A stretch of 63,484 nt of DNA, the filler included, from Reticulomyxa filosa (lineage: Eukaryota > Protista > Foraminifera): assembly GCA_000512085.1 (NCBI GenBank). It is 19 parts of 19 records of this genome, joined end to end, with 100 filler letters (N's around TTAATTAATTAA, not from the genome) between each part and the next. Parts side by side here need not be neighbours in the genome. Positions count along the whole stretch, not along the records: positions 10,029 to 11,978 come from ASPP01026996.1; positions 12,079 to 17,535 come from ASPP01018640.1; positions 17,636 to 18,676 come from ASPP01037541.1; positions 18,777 to 34,780 come from ASPP01020069.1; 15 more parts are not named here. One strand, given 5' to 3'. Position numbers and translations under genes: made by a program. The notes under the pieces were generated by a model, which was not told the DNA's origin, searched no databases, and saw nothing but the letters and a program-made list of their open reading frames with translations. Below are positions 11,601 to 25,277 of this stretch, in pieces. Every line of letters begins with the position of its first letter. Position 1 is the first letter of the stretch.

Positions 11601-14600
11601 TTGGGATCGATTGGGCAAATTTTGAAGGTGATCTCAGTTTTCTTACTCATATTGGAAAATAAGCAACTAGTTTTTTTTTTTACTGAATCGTGTTTTCTTT
11701 TCCAATATACAATATCCGCCTAACATTTTTGATTTTTTTTACGTTTTCAAAAAGCAATTGCTTTCTTTTTAAAAAGACGAAAAAGTCAAGTGATAAGCAT
11801 AGATTTCAAAAGCGATAACTTGAGAGGCCAACAGCAGAAAAAGTAATCACAAGAGACTGTGAGATGTTGGATATACATGAACATGTGAATGCACTGGCAA
11901 ATGTGAGGATGGAAGTTTTTTTTAAGAAAAAAAAAATTAAAGGTGGTCGTTGCAGACGAATTCTGTTGTTTGATAACTNNNNNNNNNNNNNNNNNNNNNN
12001 NNNNNNNNNNNNNNNNNNNNNNTTAATTAATTAANNNNNNNNNNNNNNNNNNNNNNNNNNNNNNNNNNNNNNNNNNNNGTGAAAGCGTTCGTGCTTATTA
12101 ATAACTTTACTCAAAGTAAAGTTAGCATGTTATACGTATTCCATTGCTGACAATGTTTTAGCTGAGTCGGGTGCGGATGGTATTGTCACTGTGTATGAGT
12201 CAAATATTGAACAGGACCTCAACTTAACACGACCACGGACAAATGAATCGGAATCATGGTGTCAGCTCAATAAACTTATCCATTGGTATCTGAAAATCAA
12301 TTTACAATCCACTACCGATGATGGAAGAGACGGTGTGCTATATTTCAAGATATATATTTTTTATTTTTGTCATGTCTTTAGCTGTTGTAATATGTTACAA
12401 TCAAAACGATGTGAATATGGACCTTTTCATTGTGTAATGGGTTTGGAGTGAAATAAAGAAAAAGAGAATATCAAGGAATGGGAAAAGAAAAACAAAGAAG
12501 AAAAAATACTGATCAACAGTATTGGAAACATGGCAAGTGCTAATGAATTGTGCAATAAGTACGAATTATCGAGTGAAGCAAGCTAGGCAGTATAAATAAA
12601 GAAAATCGATACAATCAATCCCTAAAAGGTGTCGGCATATGTTTTACCAAGACTATGATGTTGTTATGTGATCGTGAGCATGTAACAATTCGCTGTTATT
12701 TGCGCTTCGTTTCCATAAGTATCATCAACAACAGCATCCAGATTTGCACATGCACAACTTTCAATCAAGCCATCAATATGCATAATCGATCAAGTATCCG
12801 TCGCTGATTTTCACATATATTTGCGATTATATTATATTTGGCTCTCGATGTCGACACACCGAAGATACGTGGATATTTCCAAGATACAATTGGTACGACT
12901 TTCGTGTTGATTTGGTGGAAGATAATAAAGTTGTAATATATTGCAATTTGATTGCAAATGTGCTGGGAGCCGCAAATGAAGAAGAATAAGCAGATGCACC
13001 GAAATATTGAAGCAAATGCTGCCGTCTTGGTGAAAATAAAGATGTACAAAACAAAGGCAAAAGTTTAACGTATAAAGATATACAAAAGGTAATAATCTAG
13101 TGACCTTCCCATGACAAACAGCGAATAGTGTCAATGCGAAAGACACAAGAAGATATTGAGTTGGAAATATAGTCTCCAGTCAAATATAAATTGGTGTATC
13201 TTTTCCAAGGTGGCATGCAAGTCAAGAAAATATTAGACATCATTCTCACAATGCACAAACTCTAAATATCACCTACTGTCCTTATAGTAATAGCTGCGTT
13301 CTCAAGGATCGCTCTATTTCGCCAATATATGAACAGCACTGCCATCGTAAATGTAAATGTGGCCCACCACTCCGTGTCAGAGCAATATCGATTCACTTGC
13401 CTCCATTCATGGCCATAGATAAAGCGGCGATTCAATACATTAAACAATGGCCAAGTCATTGTATTTGATTTGAATAAAAATACTGCCTTACAATTGATTA
13501 ACATTCCAACTATCATTTCTATTATCGTCATTGTGCACTTGAGATGATGTCGATAACATAGTCTAATTTTGGGATCACAGTTTTATCAACCTATCTTCTT
13601 CGCTAATTGCCAAAGACGTCTTCGGTTGCATTATCATCATTATCATCGAGATGAATTCTTATTGTAAAGCGTGTTATTACTGCACCAACAGAAGCAAAGA
13701 AAGCACTTATCGCGATCTCGAATGCGCACAAACACAAACATGAAAATAACATTGTTGCAATATATATATACATATATGTATATATTTTTTGTTAATGTTG
13801 TACATATTTTGACAATGTTGCCCGTCCAATTCCTTTCGATAATGCAAAGTATGATATAACAAATCAACGCATTGATTTGTCTTTGTTTTGTTATTTTTCT
13901 GTGAATGTAGTTAGTCTCATTGTGTGATTTGTTATGTTACAATGTGTTATATTTTCATTGTTGTTACTATTTTTTAATATAGTTATTTTTTTGATTTATC
14001 CTTTCAATCTTGTTATCATCAATATCAGTAGCAGTCAATTTGAATAAGCAGCCAAATAAGACCAAGTTAATCAATATTCATTTCTTGGATGAGATGTATT
14101 GAATGAAACTATATCCATCCGACGATTATTCACTCGCACCAAAACAGAGCTAAATGTTTTACTTAAGCTCAAATAAATACAATCTTTATGACCAACCATC
14201 AAATTCGTCTCCAACATAAATATAATGATATTGATCCAGATTTCCATCTTTTCTTACATTCTTCTCTGTTTTTGCAGTTGCAAACATCTTTAATCTTTAA
14301 GTGTTTTCTCCTTGAAGAGTTGATTTGTGCATTCATTTTTCTATATCAACAAAATTTTGCGATGAAATGTTGCTCGAAAAAAAAGACAATATACTTTTCT
14401 TTTTTTTAAAATAACAAAAATAAAAAATAAAAAAACATTAGCTCTTCTTTAAGATAATTCAATTAATTAAAAAAAAATGAACAAATGAGCCCAACAATAA
14501 AATGTGAAAAGATTACGCATAAAAAAAAAATTATTAATCAATCACCTAGAACGTGTGCATACACAAGATTACAAAAAAGTATAGTAAGGAACAAAGTGAT

Positions 14601-17600
14601 TATAAGAGACAGTACCAGGCTGTGACGTGGTCTCAGTGCCACCAAAGTATAGCAAGACGGTCCAGTCATGGGTCCTTGTAGAGACTTCGAATATATACTG
14701 CGTCATTCCTTTGACAAAGATGATCAAGAATATCTATCCAAGGGGTCTCCCACGGTGGCAAGTGATGGTTCTTTTATCAGTATTCATTGATGGCGATTTT
14801 GTCACTTTGGTTTACGTATACTTACCGATCGGAGAAGTACTTACGCCATTCGAAAATGCATGATATGTGAATGATCTGGATATAGCTTCACGAAAGCCCA
14901 AACAACTTGATTGCATTCGAGTATAATGTATTGAAGTTGCAAGGATAAGCCGTATGTTGTTATTGTGGGGCACTACGCTATTGTGAGTGTGGCCATGCTC
15001 GTAATTCTTTCAGTTTGTTTTCTACTAACAGCACCTTGTCGTGAGTGCCCACGTTGTGTTGGTTTGCTGTCAATATCACACACCCAATCTTCTGTTGAAC
15101 AGTTTTGCACTTGATTGCACCCAATGCAAGTGTCGTCCGATGGATATGCGTTCATGTCTCTGGTCACTACCAGTATCGTCCACACAGCCAAAGTGCTACA
15201 CCACAATGACAAGTCCTTTTTCGTCATTTTTTTTGTTATTGGTTCTTCAATAGCTGTTTGCGCTTTAAAAGATCATTGATTACAACAACAAAAAAACTTT
15301 TTTCCGTTCTTATGACCCGTTCCGCTGTTTGTTTAATTCACTAACACCTTATCAAGTCCAAAAAAATGATTTTAATTTTTATTTTCAAAATGATAAATTT
15401 TTATTTTTTTAAATTGTTTGACTTCAAATATTACAATTTATGCTTCCATATATATACACTTTTGTTGCTTTGCAAACCCCCTTTCATGCTTGTCTCTTAC
15501 ACATTAAAGAAGCTGAGATATTAGTAACATCTTGCTCAATTGCATGCTTACCCTGCTGCTTATACTGCTGACGTGTCCTGACATCCTGTCATCGTCAGTG
15601 CCCTGTTTTTCGTATGACGCGCTCTTGGTGCACAATGTGGTGCTTTTTCTTATGAACTTTTGGTGCGCAAGTAGAAATCTTCAAAAACGGGAGGATTCAA
15701 TGGAGACACTCATTCTGACAGCACCTTGATCATGGCCAATGGGCATCTTTGGACTATTGATTATATATTGTCAAAAAGGTCGAAAAAAATGATGTTTCAA
15801 TCCTCAAGCACAGGACCTTTACTTCATAAAGTAATGACTACCATTGGAGTAGGTTGCTTAGATAATGATATTTGGAAGGTATGTCATCATCACAAGCATG
15901 TCAAATAACATTCTTTCTCATGCGAGGCCTGTTTCAGCTTGACTAGATCTACTTGTGTTTTCACAAAGAATAACACCAAATGACAATTGTGCTGGAACGT
16001 GTGAGACGATACAAGCGTTTATATAAGAGATTGGAGTTGTACAGGTATCTTTTTTTGGAGGGGTTTTCATCTTGTTTTACTTTGTCTACAGGTCAAAGTG
16101 GAACCAATCAATTTTTTTTCAGATGATATATTTTTTCATCCAATAAAAAAAAAATGTAAAATGATTGCGGTATACAATGCACAAACACATACATAGATAT
16201 AAATTTGATTATCTTAAAAATGGAGGAAATGCTAAATGAGCATTTTTGTAGGCTTGACTGCTTCAAATATTTTTTTTAGAAATTGTTGAAATATTTACTG
16301 TAACAACTTTTTCCATTTAATTTTTTTCTTTGATTGGAGATAGTGCTTTTTTTTAATCTACAAATATTTATCTTCTTAAGTGAAAAGAATTTTTTAATTG
16401 TAAAAGAACTAACTGTTTTCGTCTTGGGTTGCAATGAATTTACACAAAACAAATTCATTTTTCAATCAACTTAGTATTTGCATAAATCGTTTGCAATCCA
16501 TTTAAAGTTTTACAAATACATTCGTTTGCCACAAAATTTTTCTTATTTTTACCTTAAAGTGTCTTTGTTTCTCATTGAATGTCCTTCAGTTTCGGTGTGT
16601 CCAGTAGAAGTGGAGGGGACAAACAGAAGAGAAAATCTTGAGTAAGTGCTTTGGTTAGTTAAGCGGCAGCATGAAAGCGTTGCTTGTGTTAGTGGTATTG
16701 CATGTATCAAATGCATTCGTTGTGACGTTAAACACAAATGAGAGTAATACAAGCAAGTGCAGCTGGACGAACACACAAAAACACTTCAATCAATACATCA
16801 ATATGAACATACTGGCAGTATCACGTGATGTGCTGCTCAACCACTCAATCAACAACGTGTGGGAAATTGGAAACGTGGAAGTGTGAACAATATCTACAAT
16901 TACACAACATAGCATGCGCATCCTCATTGCAAATTTCTAACAATGAGTTGATGCAATCAACAAATAAAATTATACGTATTTTTCAAAGTACTCTGTTTGC
17001 CAATCCAAAACAGTCCAAAAAGAACTGGCACTTCAAAACGTCGACAATGGGTGTATTCATATCCAATTCTACAATACAACAAACAGCAGACAAAAGGACA
17101 TTTACAGCAGCGACACTCAGGTACTAATAGTGATAGTAAAAAAAATGGCCATTAAAAAAAAAGGGAGGTTTACGTATATCAAGAGATATTAAAGGGAGAT
17201 GATAAATTGTGTATGTTATGGATTTTATTTGAAAAATGATTTTTTTAAAAAAATAACAGTGGCAAAGTGGATGCAATAATAAATACGCAACGTCGAAAAG
17301 AAGGTGCAGCCAGGAGCGAATATCGATTGTGGAAGTTGTCAATGATCAACTATTTCGGGTACAACACTATCACAAGCGCGAATTCAACCACCAATATTAT
17401 CTGTAACTGCAGCAGATTTGTTTTTTTCAAGCTCGCTGCACCATCCAAGCAAGTATCAAGTATAAAATTGCACAAAAACCAATACGTCCAAGTCATGTCG
17501 CCCACAACTTCGCCGCAATTTTGAGTATTGTCCAANNNNNNNNNNNNNNNNNNNNNNNNNNNNNNNNNNNNNNNNNNNNTTAATTAATTAANNNNNNNNN

Positions 17601-17922
17601 NNNNNNNNNNNNNNNNNNNNNNNNNNNNNNNNNNNTGTCAATATTTTTAGCTAACAGTTTATTGTTGAAAAACTTATGAGATATATTGAAATTGCACAAA
17701 AAACCCAGCTGACAAACAAAAACTCTGAAAAATTTTGATGAAGGGCTTGTTTAAAATTTTTTAAAGTTTCAAAAAAAAAAGGTCACCATGGATGGCCAAG
17801 TACAACCAAATGAGGACCTTCTTGCACAAGCTTCAAGTAGTAACGAAGAAAAAAACGACAACGGTAAAGCACAAAGTGAAAATGAACAATTAAATTCAAT
17901 CAAAACAAAAATGAATGCGATA

Positions 17923-18676
17923 TCACCAATCACAAGATAAATTGGCTCCATTATTCGATGATCCTGAACAATCCATTGTATTATTATTTACAAAACTCTG
18001 AGACGAAGGAGAAAGAAGATTTTGAGGTGGAGCAGGCGAACATCTTCTGTCGAAAAAACGACTCATAAGTGCTAGGTGCCATGGTGGCGTGGTGGCCATC
18101 TTTTTGGCCTTTGTTTTTTCGGTTTGCATGATTTGAGTCATGCGTTCAAAGTAGTTACAAAAAAAGGTTTCGAATTGCACTTTGCGGGATCAGTTCGTCC
18201 GACTCCACACACATTCACTTTCGGGTATTTTATTTTCACCACGGTGCAGATATTCTTTCAACACATCCGGAATTATTTGAGCTTTTGTCTTGCGCATGTG
18301 CACCCGTTTCCATTTGCAGTATTTTCATTCACATTGCCATCGCTGTCATTATATCTTTGATGTTCTTGTTGTTGTTGATGATGATGATGATGATGATGCC
18401 ATGGGTCAATTTTCAGTCATGGAATAGTGCCAGACTCTTTTATAACATTGCTATTTCGTTAATGCTTGGCATCGGAGATGCTTTGACGAGGTTCTTGCTT
18501 CGCTTGCTCCAAGTGCGAGCTTCAACTATTTCCATTGTGCACGGACTGCGTGATCGCTGTGGCGTCGTCCAACTGCTGCGAGTTCAATTGCTCCAATTCT
18601 TCTTTCGTTTTCCAACCTATTTCATACATTTATCCAATTGCTCTTTCAACTCCTTTTCCACGTCGTCTTTCTTCTT
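17923..18676 (-). pseudogene. Decayed low-complexity protein gene
   Basis: GC-richer coding-like frame (KTKEELEQLNSQQ...HHHHHHQQQQEH...) interrupted by in-frame TGA 18522, TAA 18459 and TGA 18417, plus frameshifts. Confidence 0.45.
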
Positions 18677-18883
18677 NNNNNNNNNNNNNNNNNNNNNNNN
18701 NNNNNNNNNNNNNNNNNNNNTTAATTAATTAANNNNNNNNNNNNNNNNNNNNNNNNNNNNNNNNNNNNNNNNNNNNTTTTTTTTTGTTTTTTTTTTTTTT
18801 TTTTTATTATTTTTTTATTTGTTCTCAATTTTGTAATGCTTTTTTTTTTTTTTTAGTTGTTGTTGAAATGAAACAAACACCAG

Positions 18884-19710
18884 AACTCAGGCGACATAAG
18901 TGATTTACGTGAAATTGTGAAATTAAAGGAAGAGTACAAATACCGTTTGTATATGGATGATACTCATGGACTGGGGGTGTTGCACAGCAAAGGCAGTCCG
19001 GGATATTGGAGTATTCCTTTTGACAAAATTGACGTCTATGTGTGTGCTATGGATACCGCGTTGGGTAGCACCGGCGCATTTTGTGTTGGGAGTCGACACA
19101 TCACAGACCATCAACGACTATCTGCTCCTGGCTACGTCTTCACTGCCTCTTCGCCGATGTTTCAATGTACTGCTGCTCAAAAAGCTTTGGAACTGCTTCA
19201 AAGTGAAGGCCGTGTTTTGATTAATCAACTCCTCTCCAATGCTAAACTTGTCAGAGAAAGACTTCAAGATAGAGGTAATCTTTTGCTTGTTTTGAAAGAT
19301 CAATTGTTGATTTAGTTTGTTCAAACCATTAAAAAAAAAAACAAAACACACACACACACACACAAACAGATAAGCGTTGGAGTTTGCTGGGGAATCCTGA
19401 GTCACCTTTAATTCATATTCGATTGATCAATATCAGCGATAAAGATGCTGATATTTACTTGGAGGACATTACTTTGCAATGCCGTCAAAAAGGTATTTTA
19501 GTGTTCCCAGCCTCCTACTCACCACAAGAATTTGGCATTCGAGAAAAGTCAAACCCAAAACCCAGTTTATGTGTATGTGTCACGGCACAACATACGCCAA
19601 AACAACTTGAAGCTGCAGCAGGTATCATTGTTGAAGTAATTTCCAAAGTTTTGGAATACACTCATTATATTTCTGAAGAGAGTGATTTAGATTCTTCAGT
19701 TGCGCAGTAA
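18884..19710 (+). CDS. SPTLC1: Serine palmitoyltransferase subunit 1 (LCB1), 3' exons
   Basis: LKEEYKYRLYMDDTHGLGVL, AMDTALGSTGAFCVG (no PLP-binding Lys, as expected for LCB1), DHQRLSAPGYVFTASSP and ESPLIHIRL. Intron 19275-19369 is GT-AG. Confidence 0.92.
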
Positions 19711-20244
19711 GCAAATTTGTTATTTGTTTTTCCAATTTTTTGTTATTGTCGTTTTTCTCGGAATCGTTACCTAGTTGTTAGTTTTTCGTTTTACTGTTGG
19801 TATGTTGTGTTTCAAAACTTGAATTGTAGAAAGATTTATGTTTTCTTATTTCTTATTTTCAAGCAATGTTTAAAGGATTACTAAAAATTTGAGCGAGTAA
19901 CGCTATTTGTGGTGCATCAAACAAAAAAAGAAGAGCGCAAGCTTTTTTGTCGCCTCGTTCTCTTTTTGTTTCATTCCTATTTGTACAGCTGACAACAGAA
20001 GAAGGAAAGTCAAGACCGTTATTAAAAAAAAAACTAAAAAAAAACTACGAAGCATAAAATTGGCAATTCAAACAGCAAAACCCACCCAATCCATTCGCCA
20101 GACAACAAAAATGGTCGTCTGATCTATCACTTAAATTTGTACCTTTTAAATTCGAATTGAATACTTAGCGTAATTTAAATGAGAATGAAATGACACTGCC
20201 AAAAAACGGCGTTTTGTGTTTTGAGAGAGGTTGTACAAAAAAAA

Positions 20245-23164
20245 TTAACCCAATAGGCTATTGACATAATAAGTGGTGATAACACTTTGAACAGTAGCAC
20301 GACAGATAGGACACTTTGTGTGCAAAAAATGCTCTGCGCACTGTGAGCAAAACCCAACATGTCCACAAGGAACCAATCCTTTGCTAGTGTCAGCGCCGCA
20401 ACATATTGGACATTCACTGACTTTTTTAGTGGAGTTGGCATGGATTTTTTGCAATCTGTCGATATGCGATAAAATCAGTTGTTGAACCTCTGTATTGCGA
20501 ATGCCAAGAACTATTCTAAGATAAAGGGGATTGAAACTAAGCAAATCTATGCCAGTTGTTTTCTGCTTTTCAATGTGATCCAATAGCAATTGCATGATTT
20601 TGGAATTATTTTCAGTGACAGTGGAAGCATTACAAGAATTGGGATCACTGTTATCATTAGAAGAAGAAGAAGAAGAAGAAGAAAAAACTGTGGAGTTGAA
20701 AAAAATACAGCGAATCCAATCCACAACTTGTGCTGTATTCCATTCCAAAAAACCTGCTTCTAATTCTTGAAACCATTGTTGAAAACTAGTAGACAGATTG
20801 TCAATGTCTTGTTTCATTTCATTTTGTTTCTGTGAGATCGATTTAGTGAGTTGCAAGCTGTTTTCAAGATCCTCCAAATCTTTTCGCAATTTTTGAATCT
20901 GAAAATCAATCTTTTGTTCACTGTTCATGTGCTCGATTTCGTACTGTGCGATTTGCGAACTAACATACTCTTTCAAACTTTTATAATATTCCAACAAGTT
21001 CACATATTGGCAAAATGACCCATTTTGTTTCATTGGATTGTGTCTGGCTTCCAACATTCGATTGCCCCTTTTGGCACCAAGGCGTACATTACGCAGACTA
21101 TGGCCATGATCATAGCAATTATTTTCCAAGTCATCATCACCATCATCATCATTATCATCATCATCATTATTATCATCATTATTATCATCATCATCATCAT
21201 CAGCATCATTACTATACCAATTCATGTGGGACGTGGAAAGCACTGGGAATTTAAACTCTTGGGCCACTTGTGTCAACAAATTGGAAATGTCTTTGCATCC
21301 AAACACTTTTCGCAAAGGTATGGAATTATACGTATTGATTTGGTAGGCCTCCAAGGCGAACATATTGGAAAAAGGCAAGTGGTAGTGCAGCATATTGTTG
21401 TTGACACTTTGAAGGCGATCCAACGACACCCACTCGTCCCACTTTCTGTCCCAAAACAGCCAATGGACACAAACTTGCTTGGACATGTAGTTGATCATTC
21501 GAATATATCCAGTGAACCATTGCGACTTGTAGTCGCAAGCGTGGACAATATCACCAATTTTCAGTTCATTGATGTTCGCCACCATGTCCGTACCGGGATG
21601 AAACTTGGCCCCAACCGGCCAAAGTTCTTTGTCTTTGTCGAATAATTCCAGTAATATTGTGACTGAGTTTAATGACGTTTCATTGCTTTCAAAGAACAAT
21701 CCGTTTGCATTTGCATTTGTATTTGCATTTACATTGGTTATCTCTTCATAATTCATATCATCAGCATTATTATGTTCATCCTCTTGTCCTTGTTCTTCCT
21801 CCTCTTCTTGTTCTTGTTCTTCTCTTTCTTCTTCAAATTGCTCTTCTTTAATCAATACATTATCATTGGCACGCTTTTTGAAGCATCGCAACTGGCCCAA
21901 GGGCAACTGCAGCTGGTCCATTGGCAGCTCTGTCCATTTGTGCTGATAAGGCGCGGTTTCGATTTCGACACTTTCCAAGGGGATCGAGCAGGTCTTCACA
22001 GTGTCGTCGCTCATCGCATATACCGGAAGTATCGTGTACAAAGGCAGCCAAACGCGGACACTGTTGTGTAGCGCCGTTAGCGCATTCTGCGAGTGGCCGC
22101 CCTCGCATTCGAATGAAAAGTTGTTTTCCAAAGCCATCGTGTCCTGCCACGTGGACGAAGGAAAGGGCCAAAAACTGGACATCATTGAAGCGCCATTAGC
22201 AGCTGCAATTGAAGAAGAAGAAGAAGAAGAAGAAAGAGAGGGTCCAGACATGGAAATAGGAGATGTATCAACCATCGAAGTCGAAATAGAAGTCGATGAG
22301 AATGGCGACGATGACGATGACGATGATAACGACGACGACGACGACGACGACGAAAGTGGTGATTGTGACTTTTTATACACATTTTTGCGCATTGTCGACA
22401 TTGCAACGAAAGAAACCCACAATCGTATAGACTTCCCAACACGTCGATGAAACGATTGTCTTTGTCAATGTTCGCATAATACTCCTCGGAGCTGCACAAG
22501 TTGTGGCTTTGCTGTGGTCTCTGTTCGTCCCAAAAGTTTATGGAATCCACTACCACGAATCTCACATTGATTTGGTTTTTACCACATTTCATTGCTGTTG
22601 TTGTTGCTGTTGCTGTTGCTGTTGCTATTGCTGTTGTTGCTATTGTTGTTGTCGTTGTTGTCGTTGTCGTCGTTATCTTTGTCGATGACAAAGATAACAA
22701 TGCGCTCTTCCGTGGACTCGTTCGCATCTCTGCTCTTTTCATTCGCTTGCTTGCAATGCGTGGTTCCATGTCGTCTTCCTCATACGAATGTACTCGCGTT
22801 GCTGCTGTTGCTGTTGCTGTCGTCGCTCTCGCTCTTGCTCTTGACTTTGGTGGACTGTCGGTGCACAACATCTCTGCTCGATCCGATAACGGCGCTTGGG
22901 GCGGATTTCGCTACTCCGATTCGCTGTCTTTGCCGGTCTCATCGTCGTCGTCGTCGTCGTCGTCGTCGTTGTTTTTGTCCTCTTCATGTCTTCGCGGTCC
23001 TCCATTTTTGTTCGCATTCTCATGCGTGTCTTCGCCGTGCCTTTTTGCAGCTTTCTCTTCTTTGGAACTTGGCTTTCTTCCACAGCATGCTCCACTTGTT
23101 GCTTCAGTGCTAACCTCACACTCCTCCGCAAGGGAGAGGATGAAAAGCCGGATGTAGAGGACAT
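20245..23164 (-). CDS. Multidomain RING E3 ligase: Tudor/chromo-barrel-like domain, coiled coil, SAM and C3HC4 RING; two frameshifts in the 5' part
   Basis: The 725-aa ORF contains LKIGDIVHACDYKSQWFTG...VCVHWLFWDRKWDEWV (Tudor-like), EWNTAQVVDWI...TGIDLL...LGI (SAM) and CPIC...PCGH..CSQC...CPICR (RING). Upstream ORFs from ATG 23164 join through frame changes near 22880 and 22445. Confidence 0.85.
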
Positions 23165-24849
23165 TTGCTTTTTTTTTTCTAAAAAACAATGCAAATAGAA
23201 ACTCTTAAGCCGATCCTTTATTTTTTTTTTTCTGTAGGTCACGCCCCAAAAACATACATATATACGCACGAAAACGCTGCTTTTCACACAGCAACAAAAA
23301 AAAAAGTTCAATATTGTCACACATAAAAAAAAATTTTTCCAAGCTACTTTTCTTCCACAAACACAAACAGCAATCACAATTCTTAGTAGTCAATCAAATT
23401 TTGTTTCCTTTTCTTCAAAATCGAAAAAAAAAAGATAAAGAAAACTTTTTTAAAAAAAACTTTTATAATCAAGAATACAAACTGGTTTAACACATAAAAG
23501 GGGCAAGGATGCTTAAGTTATCTGGTGCAAGTTGTAATGTCGAAAGGCTTTGTACAGACAAGTAAAGCGGAACAATACTGTACATAACATAAACTATTTG
23601 AACTTGCAGTCAAGTGTCCAATAGTGTGTTGCAAAAAATACTTGAAAAAGACTACTGTCAGCATAATTTATAGTTAATCAGGTTGTTTGTGCGTCTTGCG
23701 ACAAATGCATATACGAAATTGATTAGTGATTGCAAAACTTACAATCGAACAATAGATTAAACATTGACAATAGCGACAAGTAGTATGACTTATGCGAAGA
23801 TTTGCAAGCAGTAGATGAAACAAAGCATATAAAGCAAAGGACTTATCAACAAGCATTAAGTAAAATTCGACAAAACAAACATAGCTTCGCATTAATCAAT
23901 TGGATTAACCGTTTGGCGAAGTATTAGCAATACAACATAAATAAAAACACAACAAAACATGCAAAAAACATTAACATGAGATTGCAAGGTTATCGTTACA
24001 TTGCAAGTGAACAAATGCTGATGGATACAGCGACAAAGAAAATGACAGCAAATATCCAAGAGAAGACAGTGATAATATAGGAATGAATACATTGATGAAT
24101 GTGTTGTTAATATTGACTTATCAATGTTAGTATTTAGATTTTTGTTAAACAAGTCTAAAACTTCATACATATGATCAGTCTATTGCTGTCGAAGCAAATT
24201 AATGCAATTCATTTATGATATTACATTAACATATTGATATACACTTGCAAGGGCTTCAATGCGATTGACAAATGCATATTTACAAAAATTTCATAATCAT
24301 TTGTAATCGCTGCAGCATTACACCAGATACAATATGTTTATAAAAAATGTTTTTTCCATGCAAAAAGAGATATTTTTTGGCAACTGAGAACATAAGTAAA
24401 AATACAAATAGATATTGTTATTTTATGTGGTGTCGAAAAAAAGTGTTTAGCATGTTTTAAGACTGATGATTAATAAATGAACATATAAAAAAGAAATTAA
24501 TTATTGAACAATATTCTGTTTGTTTATTAAAACTATTTGAAAATTCAATTGGATAAATTGAAACTGGCCATTAAAGAGAATTCAATATTAATTATTATAA
24601 AAAAAAGACCAATTCCAAGAAAAAATATTTAAATTGTTATGAAAATACATTGTTAATTTATACTAAATTATTAAGTTAAACTAATCAAAAAACACAACAA
24701 GTAAAATTAAAATGTTGTATGTCCAACAACGTAATGAATAAATATAAACGAGTTCTTGGAATAATATTTTTCAACATCTTTATTTTCAAAATATATAATC
24801 ATAGTCATTGTGCAAGTTATTTCATCAATTGAAATAAACTATTTCTACA

Positions 24850-25140
24850 TTTTACACATCATTTAACATTGAATTGATTGGAATTATATCAACATCAATA
24901 TCACTTCTCATTTTTGCATGTACAGATAGCAAAGAATTACAAGTAATTAAATTTGGCATAACATTGTAAATATCAATAATTAAATGAAGATAACGCCTGT
25001 CTGGAATATCTTCTTTTTACACATTATACTTGACCATTGTATTAAATATAATTGTATCAGTGATTATCAATTGCTCACCAGATTGGACTTGTTGTTTCTT
25101 AAACCATTGTTCAAAATAATGTTTTTGTAAATCAAATTTA
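24850..25140 (-). pseudogene. Pentatricopeptide-repeat (PPR) gene remnant
   Basis: Manual translation: DTIIFNTMVKYNV*KEDI...IIDIYNVMPNLITCNSLLSVHAK...DIIPINSMLN. The first two motifs are 35 aa apart. In-frame stops are present. Confidence 0.7.
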
Positions 25141-25277
25141 TCCAAGTGATGTAAAAGCATATTGTAAAATGATATCTGAAATAATATATTCGCTTTTCAC
25201 AATTTTAATAATACAATTGATTGAATTGTTGAAAAATTCTCCGAGGGCCTTTGAGTTCCGCAGCAGTTACTCATCCA

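Noticed and set aside
10029-11978. Coding-like fragments here and at 55200-55500 and 60094-60348
   Set aside because: They are probably pseudogene debris, but no family could be assigned.
17923-18676. Stop-codon reassignment (alternative genetic code)
   Set aside because: The same regions contain frameshifts. Intact genes such as LCB1, the Rab, the thioesterase and PEX16 have no internal stops and end in ordinary stop codons.
21015-23198. Plus-strand ORFs with poly-Ile, poly-His, poly-Leu, poly-Val or poly-Cys
   Set aside because: They are antisense shadows of trinucleotide repeats in the minus-strand RING gene.
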